Below are positions 36,728 through 49,609 of a DNA stretch of 64,000 nt, piece after piece. The stretch lies in the NCBI GenBank assembly GCA_029953675.1, contig JAMWBK010000002.1:1984001-2048000 (forward strand), written 5' to 3'. A model generated the notes under the pieces. That model worked only from the letters and a program-made list of their open reading frames with translations. It was not told the origin of the DNA and did not search any database. This DNA comes from Rhodosorus marinus CCMP1338 (taxonomy: Eukaryota; Plantae; Rhodophyta). Positions within the stretch are counted from its first letter, which is position 1. Each line of letters begins with the position of its first letter. The position numbers were made by a program, and so were the translations under genes.

Positions 36728-38342
36728 ATGGCGTTTGTAGGATCTGCACCGGGTGTGAAAGCCCGGACTGGTGTGAGAGGGTCTTGGTGTCGGCGTTGGG
36801 TAATGGCTGAGAAGTCTGCGGTTGCAGAGAAAGGGAGAGGTACAGCGAAGGACGTTTTTCTAGATAAGTTGCTTGATATTCGCGGACCTGTATCCCCTCT
36901 GGCAGAGTCTGTGAGAGAGAGCGGGGAGAGCGCGTTGCAGTTGGCCACTCCGCCAGGAGGAAAAACAGAGGAATGGCGATTCACGAATATAAATGAGCTG
37001 TATAAACAGGCGTTTGCGACTCCTGACAGCAATCAGGCCGAAAGCTCGACTGCCTACTTCTCAGACGAAGCCAGTGTTCGCGTTCTGTTCACCGACGGAG
37101 CCTTCAACGAGCAACTTTCTGACAACTTGACTAGTCTGGAAGGCGTGAAGATCGGCCGCTTGGGAGATTTCAGCAGCGATGAGGTTGAGCGCGTGTTGGG
37201 CGTGACAATGGGCAAGATTACTGGTACCGAAAAGGGCGGATTTTTCGCGCAGCTGAACGCTGCCTGCTCTACGGATGTGTTCGTGATCTCCGTTGGAGAT
37301 GATGTCGTTGTTGATAAGCCGGTCCAGTTGGTGTTTGGATCAAGTCAAGGCCCGGACGCCGAGGCTTTTGTAGTATCACATCCTCGAATTGTTGTGTTGA
37401 CCGGTCGCAGTTCATCGGTCTCTGTCGTTGAGCACCATGCCTCTGCTTCTCCTTCGTTTACGAACGTGTGTACATCTGCTTCTGTGGGAGATAACTCGAA
37501 GCTTAACTACTCCGTGATTAACGAGTCGAAAGAAGAAACCTATCAGATATCAACTGTTCAGCTTGATGCCGGACGGGACTCGACGGCCTCGCTACTCTCA
37601 GTGGGCGCTGGTGGACAGTTTTCGCGCACCACAGCATCTGTTGATCTAGTGGATACAGGCTCGCACGGAGAGATTCTCGGTTTGGGCCTTAGCATGGACA
37701 AGAGGATTGTTGATCTTACATCAGACATCATCCATTCATCTCCCCACTGCACTTCAAACCAGCTACAGAAAAACATCGCGACCGATCGTTCGCGTACCAT
37801 TTTCAGAGGCAAAGTCGTTGTGACGAGAGAAGGCAAGGGAACGGCATCTGAGCAGCTTTGCCGCTCACTTTTGTTGTCCAAGCGAGCCACGGTACGTACA
37901 AGCCCGGCTGCCCCAACAGGAGGTGTTGGATTTTTCTGAGGTTCTCACGAGAAGCTGTCGTTTTCTTGGAATTCCGTGGTTCAGGTGGACGCGATTCCTT
38001 CACTGGAAATTGATACGGATGATGTGCAGTGCTCGCATGGAGCGACTGTAGCGGATCTTGAGGAGGAGCAAATCTTCTACATTACTGCCCGGGGACTCAC
38101 CGTTGAGCAAGCCAGGTTCATGCTGATGCAGAGTTTTGTAGAAGAGGTTCTGCAGGTATGCTGTGGTCTGTGAATTTTACTCTCACCTGGTGCTGCTCAT
38201 GCTAATACCTCCACTGCGTTTTGTCTTGTGAAAGGCCGTTCCGCTGTCTGACTGCAAGGAGAGGGTGGTTGAGATTGTGAGGAGCATTCCGGCAACGCTC
38301 GACGACGACGGAGAGAAGAAAGGCCGTTTTATGTCTGTTTAA
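36728..38342 (+). CDS. sufD: Plastid Fe-S assembly protein SufD
   Basis: MAFVGSAPG transit peptide, EEWRFTN, SRTIFRGKVVV, SLLLSKRAT|VDAIPSLEIDTDDVQCSHGATV and IFYITARG. The last exon ends MSV* at 38340-38342. Confidence 0.93.
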
Positions 38343-40170
38343 GAACAGCACAGGAAGCACATCTAGTATACAGCTTGCTTCCGTTGACAGCGCACACTGA
38401 ATTCCGCATTCGGAGATAGAGCGGAGGTCACCGCGCTTTGAAGTATGTTTGCATATATATATCATCATTTCCATTCTCGTATACCCACAACAGCGAAATA
38501 TCTGTAACAAGATTCAGATAGAGTTTCGTCGAAGAGGAAACAGACGCCAAGACTGCTCGCACGGACGGCATCGCAGATCGGCAGTGGACCAGGTCCTCGC
38601 AAAACGTTGTGGTTTCCTGGCGGACTTTGACTTGAAAATAGACACAAGCTATTGACCGAATAAATCTTTGTTTCGGAACTGCATTTCGTAGCTACTCGCC
38701 AACGAAGACTACGAAGTAAGCCTACCCAAGAACTCGATCGCCTTGATTGGAACAGAAGGCCGTCTCGTTCAGTAGAGTCCGCGGTAACGATTCACGTTCC
38801 CGCCGATGTGTGAGGTATTAAAGTTGGGACTCAACCTCTTAGAGCAGTTGCTTCGGAGAACGGTAATCGTAGTGGTTTCTCCCTACTTGCCGTAGCAACA
38901 CTCTCAACAACTCTGGTTGAATAGTCGACAGGGACTTCAGAGGACGTTCTAATAGACGTTTACGTTAACGGGGATGATCTGCTGATGATCCTTGAAAGGT
39001 TTGCCCAAAAGCACAGCGCGAAAAGTGAAATAGAATTCTGTGTAGGGGTAAGTCAACTAGCAGGTTCTTTTGTTGTGCTGCAGACTAACTGGAGAGGATC
39101 TATTCGACCGGTTCTCCAAGGCGGAAGGTGGATTGTCAGAGTAAGTGGATACTGCCGCTCAGATATCGTCGTGCTTCCTTAACCGCTTTGGCGGCGGTAT
39201 TTTTTGTGACAGGCACGAAGTACGCTCTCGTGCAAAGATAATGCTTGAGGCCTTGATCATGCAGCAACAACTGGGTTGTCCCTTGTGTCATCGAAATATC
39301 AAACGAAAGTTCACAGGATTAGCTGGACTGTTTGGGTTAGCCATAACTTGGTATTCCCTCGCTGATTCGGTGATCATTCTACAGCCGAGGTTTTCAAAGT
39401 TTTTAAGGCCTGATGAGTTGGGAGAACTGCGCATGTCAGATTTCTCCTTTAGATACCAGTCAGATAATCCCAACATATTAATTAAACTGTGTGGTAAGGC
39501 TGACATAACCCTCAGTTTCCGTATACAGTTTCACGGAGTCATGCCGGTTCAGGCGATCGAATCATTCGAGATGTAGGACTCCCGTCTTCATTCTAAGCTA
39601 AAACCAATCGAAACACATATGCTGTCACTTCCGCCACGAAGGATTGGGAAGTTAACCCAAGTTGATCACTTCCAACCTTCCTCCTCCTTCCCACGCAAAC
39701 AAGTATAACATTGGCCAAGTAACCTAAGCAAATCTTTGGCCAGGTAGTTTTTAACGTCCTTTGATGAAATGAAGGAACCACATTTTGCCAGGAATTGATC
39801 ATGTCGTCAAATGTCTTAAAAAACCCTAACGGCCTTTAACTCCTTAAAACCTCTAATTATATGAAAATTCGTTGGAATATTTACGGTTTTCGGAAAGTAT
39901 GAAGAGGAAATGTGTCAATTTCAGATTCGTTTGGAGATCAGTGAAAATTTTGAAGGGTATAAGAAGCAGAGTGGAGGTGAGTTTGTTTGAAGACAAAGGG
40001 CCTGGGGAGGAGCAACAAAGGGTTTGGTTGAAGTGAGAGAATTCTGTTTGTGATCTTTGAACTGGAGTTCAAAAAAATTCGGTCAGTTTGAATCTGAGTT
40101 TTGAGGAACTGACTTTTGGTGGGGTTTTTTCCGGTTGAATGGGAGGTTTCTGCGCCTTACGTAGCGGAAG

Positions 40171-42568
40171 ATGGAGGTGGTTGGAACCTCTGAGCCGGAG
40201 CAGGTATGCGCAGCATTCTTTGGTTTATTAGAATCGGGGCTAGTACGGGGAGCATCTACGACATCTGTTTTCAGACCGATCGTTTTGGTGTAGCTCATTA
40301 AAAACGACCGGCTGCTCTGCTTTTTGCTGACGTAGGGTTCTCCGAAGGTAGAAAAAGGTTTCGCGAACCCTGCATCTGATGCCCACCGATACATTATTCT
40401 AGTCTTAATGTACGCCAGTGAGTACCCGTAAATCTGGATTCAACTTCGACGGGATTCCAACCTGACTTTTCTCTTCTGCTCCTGGTTCTTGGGCTCAGCT
40501 GCATGGTAACGTTTGGTTCGTATTTCAGTTACGATGTTCCCGGGGCAACTGTTGCACAGCTGCTTGACCCCCGGCCAGATAACAAGATGCATATGACATC
40601 TCTGCAGTATAATCTCCTGTACTCCCTGTATGCATGGCCAAATGTTATCATCGTGTTCATTGGAGGCTACTTTATCGACCTGCTCGGAATCGCTATTACG
40701 GGAGTGGCGCTTATGAGCTTGGTGACCATTGGCCAAGTCATTATGACGGCTGGAGCCTTCGAGCACTCGATACGGCTTCTTTTTCTTGGAAGGCTGATTT
40801 TCGCCAGCGGAGCTGAGCTCTTAATTGTCTGTCAGGGGGCTATGATATTTAAGTGGTTTAATGGAAAGGAAATGGCTCTTGCGTTTGGGTTTTCTCTGAC
40901 TCTGGCGAGACTTGGAAGCATTCTCTGTTTTGCGTTCTTGCCTTCCGTGGCGGAGAACCATGGGATCCCTGCGGCTTTCGGACTGGGCTCGATATTCTGC
41001 ATGATCTCCTTTGTTGTGCTCGGCATCTTCCTGGTACTGGATAGTCGGGCGGACAGGGTCTTACAGAGAAACCAGGTTCAAGAGTCGTATGAGGAAACCA
41101 TTCAACCGCAAGGGTTGAGCGAGGCCTTCAAGTTGTCACCCAGCTTTTGGCTTTGTGTGAGTACTTTGATGACCAACTACGGTTGCCTGTATTCTTTTTT
41201 TGCGATTTCGATCGACTATATGCATCACGTGCTGGGTATGATATTTCTAGACCGGGCTGCACTGTCGGATATGGACGTGCAACAAAGCGGTTGACCCAAA
41301 ACGTCTCGTGCGCCAGGTCTCCCGAGTCAAGATGGCGGATACGAACTGACGCTGGTGTACAACATATCTATGGTTTTGGCCCCGATAGTTGGGGGAATCT
41401 TAGACGTCCAGGGAGGGCGAGGCTTGGTCACGTTTTTTGGCGCTGCGACAAGCGCAATTCTGTTCTGTTCTCTGAGGTAGGTTGAAGAGTACGCCTGTGA
41501 GCTTACGTCAGTATCTCGGCATCTTCCCCCTTGAAAAAGCACTTGTGGCTGAAATCCACTATGCCAACATGCTGACGTAGTTGGATGCCGCCGCTAGCAG
41601 CATCTGCAAAGCCTGCAATCTCAGTGGGAACCGCTATTGCGGTTGCTTGTGGTGAGTGGCTTGCACATCATACACGGGAATTTTGGAGTTTCTGTTAATT
41701 ATTCGTTGCGAGGGCTGTCGCGAAGGTATAAGCCTGGCGTCTCTGTCTTCTTCAGTTTGGCCGACTGTCCCTATTATCGTTCCCGCGCATCAAGTGGGCA
41801 TGGCGATTGGCGTCGCACAGTCCTTGCAGAACTTCGGAGTCGGCGTCTCGACGCTAGGGGTAGGGTACATTTACGACCAAAGCGGCTCCTACCACGCAGT
41901 CTTGACGTACCTGTCAGGCATCGCAGTATGCTCTGCAGTTCTTGGAGCCGCTTGGAATGTTTACGACAAGGCGACGGACGGTGTCGTGAACAGAATGGAT
42001 GTAGGAGTGTCTGCGGAAGAAACGATGCTTTTGGAGAAAAGTCAAAAGATAATGATGGTTGAGGTAAGAACATGAAATTAGGACCTCGGATTTTCTCGCA
42101 CGTTGAATGTGCGCTTACGGCAAGTTTTTGGAACGATTTGAAAAGGTTGCCCCAATGGCGGTCCTCGTTGTTCGTCGAAAATTCTACGAAGAAATCGGCG
42201 AGGGAGAAATAGGAATGAAAAGACGCGACTACTACAGGTCACTTGGGATCACTGATCTGGACGTTGCATCACATGACAAGTCCAGCTATGTGGACTTTGT
42301 TCCCCCCCTTCTGCAAAACCCGACCTCATCTGTGCTGGTGCCGGATGCGGTGGAGGAAGAGCGCGAACGGGAAGCGGAAAGTTCTCCTGATAAGCAAAAC
42401 TATGGGTCATCGTTGGGGAGCTCCATCGGTGGCCCCCCCGGCTCCAGCATTTCGCGAACGCGAGTCAGCCAATCCGGACCCGTCGAGTCCGGCCTTCGCG
42501 AAGCGCTTCTTGCCAAGACATTCAGGCTTCCGCTGTCATCGTCGGTCAGGGAGAAACAACAATTTTGA
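40171..42568 (+). CDS. MFSD1-like major facilitator transporter (lysosomal/vacuolar type), multi-exon
   Basis: HRYIILVL|CMVTFGSYFSYDVPG, YNLLYSLYAWPNVIIVFIGGYFIDLLG, GRLIFASGAE, WFNGKEMALAFG and later TM exons. The start and the last exon (to 42568) are less certain. Confidence 0.85.
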
Positions 42569-42762
42569 GGAATCGTGCGGTAATTGGGGAGGAGGGCCGG
42601 ACGCGAGCGTAAAAAAAAAGGACAAGAACGGATGGGAACAAAATTTCGCCTAATGAACAGTTCTTTCATATCGGCGGTTTTTCCAAAAATTCTCTCTCTT
42701 TGGTTTTAGGGCGGATGCGCGGTTAGGAAATTAAAACTGTATTGCTACAATAGTGTACATTG

Positions 42763-44452
42763 TCACGACTTTTCAGTGTTCCCTTGCTCAGTGTTGCCTT
42801 GCGCGGCTAGATTCCTCGGATGTGAATTCTGTTCAGGTTTCTGGGGAGGGGGGGGCGCGATCCGTTGAACAAATCCGGCGAGGACTGTGATGTCGTCTTC
42901 TTTCCCACCTCTGTATACCATCTGAAACTCATCCGACGCGGCGACTGAAAACGGAGTAGACTATTTGAAGTTGTCAAAGACAACGGTCAGTCGTCAGGCA
43001 TAGAATTACAGGCTAGGGAAATTGTAAGTCCATAGAGAACTATCAAACCTTACCTTGTTCTTGCTTTTGGAGTTTTCATATGCAGCATTCGCGAGTCGAA
43101 AGGAAACCTCTCGTACTTGTCCCTTTCTGTCACTGTTCAAGTTGGCGACGTCCTGCACAATAGACATTATTTCGGAGGTCGATACGTTGTCTAGCAGACC
43201 GTCTGAACCCATAATAATAAGATCGTGTTCCCGAATGTTCACTTGAGCAAGCTCCGCGTCGTCTGGGGAGCTGCTGTGGCTATGATGCCCCAACTGGTAA
43301 GGAAACCTTTGGCAACACGACAACAACACCACGCGAAATAGAGATCCCCTTAGTCTTGAACCTCAACTCAGTGTGATGGAACTCAATGAGGAGGGACAAC
43401 CGAACCGTGACGAAGGGAGAATCAACGTACCCAAACCTGTGCTCTTGCGGAGGAGTGTGGAAGATATCCTGCGGCCTGTTGAACGAATCCCATTCACCGA
43501 GCACTACAAACCCAGAATCGCCAAGGTTTGCACTTTTCAACAGCATCTCACCACTATCTAGGATTGCAATGCAGGCTGTGCAGCTGCCCTGAACTCGTTT
43601 CTCTTTGACTCTGGCATAGGACTCTCTGAGGACATCAAGCGCTTCCAACTTGCCGGTTTGGCCAACCTGAAGGACGGGAGAAAGATCCGGGCGGGGCAAG
43701 TCAGGACAGTAATCCTAGAACCCGACACATTCAATTACCCTATTGAGTTGAGCCCGCACCATTGTTATAATCTCCCTCGCGTTGCGCATGAGACAGCGGG
43801 AAAACTTTCCTGCGTCAATTCCACGCTCCCGCCACTGATATACACCGTCTGCGACGCCCATCGCGGGGTTTAAGCTATTAGATTCGACGGTAAAGAAGGC
43901 ATCCTCTCCAGCCCAGCCAAAGCCCTTCTTCAATACCGATTTCGTTCCCTCCAGAACTTTCTCTGAGTGTGGTATTGCGTATGAGGCTGTCACCAGCTGG
44001 AGGGCCTGTGACGAGGCAACTGTCGACCGAACACTCTTTTTAGCTTTGGCAACCTGGAACGGAGTCAACACCTGTACAAAATGCGAGCTGGTATCCCTTC
44101 CAATCCAATTACTGCAAAAGAACGGCCTTCCATTAACTTCAACCTTGTCCAGAAACCATCCAGTTGAATCTCCTCCTCTATCCGTCCCGATCACAATCGA
44201 CTGGATCTCGCCAAGATCATACGGCGCATCGATCACAAACCGATCAACCGAGTTCCTCTCAAACCTACCACCATACAAATACTGCTGATCGGTTTTATCC
44301 AAGTTACCCTTCAACGATACAAACACGTTCGCAGTAGTCCCAGCTCCACGCTTATTCCCAGTATATACACGAACTTCATACTCCAGCCACCTCTTCACCA
44401 CCCGAAAAGAATCTTTCAACCGGCCACGACCGCCCAACAACGATCGAAGCAT
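42763..44452 (-). CDS. PLAT/LH2 domain fused to a PTC7-type PP2C protein phosphatase, likely mitochondrial
   Basis: Presequence MLRSLLGGRGRLKDSFRVVKRWL. PLAT: YEVRVYTGNKRGAGTTANVFVSLKG..FERNSVDRF..DLGEI..WFLDKVEV. PP2C: GEDAFF, GVADGV, GSCTAC, ANLGDSGF, QEHRFG|FPYQLG, MGSDGLLDN and GGKEDDITV. TGA at 42765-42763. Confidence 0.9.
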
Positions 44453-45829
44453 CTCACTCGTCACTTTACCATAATACTCATCACTTACTTCCTTTCAATT
44501 TCACTACTTCAGTTTATATACACGTCCCCAAAAAGCAAATCCTTCAAACTACTACTTCACCATCACAATCAATACCTTATCTTTCCCCACTCGATCACAT
44601 CTCCAAATCCGCTTCTTACTCCTAATATTTCTTTATCCACTTCCCTCACCGTCCGAGTTGAACTTGAGATCCTAGTGGATAGGTATTGGGATTTATCGTC
44701 TGATAACGTTGCAAGTTTGCCCGCTTGGATGCTTTTTGTTTTTTTCCTATGTGCATTGATGAGCAACTTCCTTAGCACAAGCTAGTCCGAGTTCTATATA
44801 TGTTTGATTGTTTTGCAACCTCAATGCAACCATAGTAATCGCCATTGTCGTTGGTCCTGCTGAATTTGCTGTTTGGGGGAGGTGCGGTGTGATCAGGGGA
44901 CTTTGCTGCTTGGTTGCATTGTTTTTAGTTAATATATGAGCAGCGACAAAAAATTAACAAGTTTTTCCCATCTCCGTACAAGCTGAATGTTTTGCAACCT
45001 CAACACAGAACAGAAAAATCTTATCCTCAATTTGCTCACCGTGTGAACTGCTGGATTGCTTTTTGGTCTCTCGTCTGATAAGGTTGGCGGTTAAAATGCT
45101 GTCCTGGTTCTACACTCTCTTAAACGTTTTCCTAGTGCTCCTAGATCTCGTTGCTCGGCCGGCCGAGTGCTATCGGTCTTGCAAGATGGATGGGGCCTAG
45201 CCTGTCGCCTAGCCTGAGGTAGCTCCGGTGTATGAATGCTATTCTACTCATACCTCAGGCGCACGATCTCAGCCTTCTGGACGACCATCTTTCAACCCTC
45301 TTATTGAAAACAGATCCTCTCGCCCAGAGAAAACGAGTGACGCTTAAACAAATAAACCAGTTCCGATCTCGTACTAAAATGCTACTAACGTTTAATATTT
45401 TAATTTAAAAAATATTAATGTACAATAGTACAAAACATGCCAAAAAGCAATCTAATCGATACCAGATGAATATTTGCACTCGGCAAACATTTATCCGATC
45501 TAAATAATATACAGGCTGTCTCGAATGGTCTGGTGTTTGGAGTTGTGGTCCGCTGCTAGGTGAGGTCTCATATTTCGAAGTGTACAGCCACATCCCAGAG
45601 ATTCGTGTGTTTCTTTCCTCTGCAGCCAAAGCAACCACGAGAAATTGCACGTTCTTTCTTCCTGTCCAAGCATTTGTAAAACGAGGCCAACGAATACCCG
45701 AGTAAACAGGAGAGCTTTACCCTGAGGGACATGGACCTACTCCGGACGCTACGTTCCAATACAGTCCTGGACGTCAGCTTCCAGTCGACCTTGGCGAGGC
45801 GTAGACAGCTGTTGAGCTGATGTACCGAC

Positions 45830-48180
45830 CGTGAAAGATACGTGGTCCTTTCATCAATTTTTGCTAGCTAGTACCAGAACAATCTCCAGCACGACTTATT
45901 CTAGACTACAATCCAACATCCTGCTCGCCAAGTTCCAGTTTTCCACCACTGTGAGCACAAGCCAGCTGGCTAGGTCGTTCTCCTCTGTTTGCTTCCCTTT
46001 GCGAAAAAACTGCTCCCAATCATCGTGCGTATTGATTGTATTGATCGCCTCGTTAGTCCTGACGACCTGTCACCCCCAGGACTACAGGGGAAAATCTACG
46101 TTAAAGAAGATCACGGACGAAAGATCATATCTTCATTCCCCTCTTCATCCCTAATTCAGAAGGATCATGAAAAGATCGACTTGATGGCGACTGCTTAACG
46201 CCAAATAACGAGGCCTTCCGAATCAGTTAAGAAGACGAACTCTGATACAGAAACCAAAAAAACAAAAGCTGACTACTAAGCATTCTCTTTTTGGTGTTTA
46301 GATAATGAGGAAGCATATGTACTTGCTGACTTATTGCCGACTTGTTCCATCCTCTTCACCCCTTCCCGTCAGCTTCTTCGGTGACACTGATGATATGGTG
46401 AGATATAGAACTTTTTGACTTTGGGCTGATTAGGGTTGGAAGATTCATGGGGCTTTGGACTTTGACGAAGCAGGTTTTGGAACAGTCTTTTTGCAATTGT
46501 GTTTGTTAGTTTCAGGTCTTGTTTCTCCCGTTTTAAAACGAAGCTTATCAAGTTTTCTTTTTGATCTGAGGGAGATTTCCTTTTAGATCAATGACCCCGT
46601 TCATCACGTAAAGAAAAATGGGGGCAGTCGGAATGACTAGGTGTAAACGTTTTCTGATCCTGTGGATTTGGCTGTTTGTAGCCTGCAAATGTGAGGAGCT
46701 TCCCTTTCATGACATTGAGACGAACCCGTCTTTCATGCCGAGAGAGTTGGTATGGAGGGTTGTGAATGGGTGAGAGATGATTCGGATCGGTGTCCAGCAG
46801 TCTGTGCGCAAAAATGACGAGGATGAACTGAGCGTTAAATTTTTCTCTGTGATCTATAGTTCCGCGTACATTGCCGTTGATCAGAGAGCACAAAAGCATA
46901 ACAGGAAAGCTTATGATGTCGAGGATTCGGAGAGCCTATTGTTTTCTTTTGGAAGGTCGGAAACGAGTTACCCAATCAACGACTCCATGAGGATCAAGCC
47001 TGTTGAGGCAGGACGAAGACCGATGATCACAACTAGAGTTATCAATCCAGATTCCTTTCCTTCCAAGCAAGACGATTTTGCGCTGTTCGATTTCTCCCTC
47101 GTTTTAGACTCGGTTCTCTTTCATGGACCCAGCGGTACGCCTTCAAGCGCTACTCGAGTGCAATACCGTGCTTGACACGTTTCTCAGAAGCGCCTTACGC
47201 ACCTCTGCCTATGTTCTTGGAGAACAGGGAGTGTTGTCAGAAAGTTCAACGAAATCGATTGGCAGCCGATGACGGCCGAAAACCAGAATGTGTACATAGC
47301 GAACGAAAACATCTTTGTCAACACGACGGTATTCAAGCTTTCGAGTACTGACGGGTCCCTAAAGGTTGTGGTAGGAGCTGGCGGTTCGATGCTTAAGTTT
47401 CCATATGGAATTGTCACACCGTACAGTCTCGCAGTGGCAATAGAAGTCTCGACCGGGACTGAGGAAGTTTACGACAAGATTGGAGTCTCGACTCTGATCT
47501 GCAGGTGAGAGCGACTCAAGCAGGGCCTTTCACTGATCTCCTAGGGAAGTATCGCTGATGTCGGTCCTGTAATAATCCTTAAGTCCGGGGAAGAAGACCC
47601 TCTCACATTCAGAAGTCTTCGGGCGCGACCCTTTTGTTGGTATCAAGTCAAAATACAAGACGAAAGGGCAGAACACGCGTTATCACGGATATCTGGCCTG
47701 GAATCCTTGGTAGGGATGACATCCTTCCTTTCAGCGTTGACAACTGGCCCTTGTTGTTAACGTCCGAAATGACCCCTTCGTACAGGATACGAATGAACGG
47801 ATATAGATTCAAAGAGAAGCTCAAGGCGAAACAAGATACGCAACTGGACGACTCTGGTGATTTCGTCGTTGAAGACTTTTCTCAAAAGTATGGATGCGCG
47901 ATGGTCAATATATCGTCCGCTTTCTCAGAAACGTGAGTACGACGTTATCTATATCTCCGTGAAAGACAGATTGCCTGAACGTTGCCCGAAACATTGTAGG
48001 CAAATATCCCCGAGCTCGACGTTGGAATGGCAGCTTCGGGTCGGATTCGGACCAACACCACCACTATACAGACGAACCAGTATTTGGCTTCCAGTGACAG
48101 TCGTCGTCCTAAGCTTGCTAGTAATATCTATTGGAGTATGTGATCACTGCGCGGAAAACCCTTTCAAAAATCGGATGATG
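45830..48180 (+). pseudogene. Fragmented reading frames of a putative beta-rich type-I membrane protein (pseudogene or many-exon orphan)
   Basis: Protein-like ORF pieces at 45989-46198, 46777-47175, 47269-47508 and 47634-47936, plus a last piece with TM WLPVTVVVLSLLVISIGV. Several end in stops without clear donor sites. Confidence 0.4.
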
Positions 48181-48703
48181 TAGTCTAGATGTTTCTGAGG
48201 GCTTACCGTCGTGCCTTTGCTACTCACCGCAGGCTCTCTACTATGTTCGAAAGCTGAGGCTATCATCTGGAGGCGGTGAAGAAAGCGCAAGACAGCTTCT
48301 GCTCGAAAAGTCGTCTTTTGACGAGAACGATTTGGAACGAACCTATTCCTCGGTCAAGATATTGGGGGCGTACGATGGGAAACCTCCTCTGCTACGATCT
48401 GCAGCAGACTGAATATGAAGAACAGGAGAAGAAAGGAATGGGGCGCACGGTATCGGTAACAGCGATCCATCGCGATAGGCATCCCTAATCCGCATTTAGT
48501 TGATTTCCTTATTAAGTTATTCATAGTGAAGTAAGTCGAGTACAGATCGCACAAATGAAACAACTGAAAACAAGAGAAAATTTACGCTGGTTGTTCCTCC
48601 CTTGATCCTCAGCGCCATGGCAGTGCGATGGAGGGACTCAAGGCAAGCTAGATAAGATCCTGGTCCAGAACAGCGAGCGACGGGCACTCACTCAGGGTGC
48701 AGC

Positions 48704-48964
48704 CGATTTATTTTCTGGTGAAAGAGAGCCACTGGGACAAGCAGCAAGTCCTTCTCAGATCATGCCTAGAGACGGAAGCCACTTGGTTCCATTTTGTTGA
48801 TCAAAGGCCACATCTACGTCTCTAGTCCTCCACAGAGCGATTCATTCTCCTGGGGAAGGGAGCCACTGGGACAAGCAGCGAATCTTTCTCAATCAGGCCC
48901 GGAGAGGAAAGACACTTGCTCCTCATCTGATGATCAAAGGCAACTGCTGCATCTCCAGTCCTCC
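48704..48964. repeat. Two-copy ~134-bp diverged tandem repeat (48704-48831 and 48838-48964)
   Basis: The identical core gagccactgggacaagcagc lies at 48726-48745 and 48860-48879. Other shared blocks are tgatcaaagg, cacttg and agtcctcc. Confidence 0.88.
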
Positions 48965-49609
48965 AGGAAGGTCCCTCCCCGTGGTCCCCTCCAAAAGCCA
49001 CGACACCCGTCATCCACTAATTCGACAAAATACCTATCAACCTTCCATAAGTCCCTACTCTATTGGATAAACAGCAGTACGTCCTCAATCTTAATTAGTC
49101 CGCGTACTCTTTCCATTAGCCAACATACTTCAAAACAAACCCTATTTAAGACACGTGCCAGTTATTAACACGATCATAAATAATAATACATCAATTAATT
49201 GGACAATTACTATTTATTAAGTTTTCATTGGTTTATAATACTCTATTAGTATATATTTGATTCGTAATAGTGTCAGTAGTCCGTTGCCCGGAGGAGATAT
49301 CGAAAAACAAATGGCAATTCCAAATCAGAGCAGGAAGGGGAAGGAGAAGGGGTTGGTTGCAGTTAGGTTGCTCGCCGTGCAACTTCTTTTTTTTTTTTTT
49401 GGGCTTTTGCGATGGAATGAGAACCAGAGAGGATTCTATATTGGGGTTGTGGGTACTATAAGTGGGCTGTGGGAGAGATTGTTTGAGAATAGTGTTTGCT
49501 GGTAGTTGTCTTAGGGCTGGTTATAGGAGGATCTGTTTTGGATGATGGGAGTGTGAGGTGTGGTGTTGTGGTGTGGGAGGGAATCTGGTGGAATTGAATC
49601 GATAGGAAA

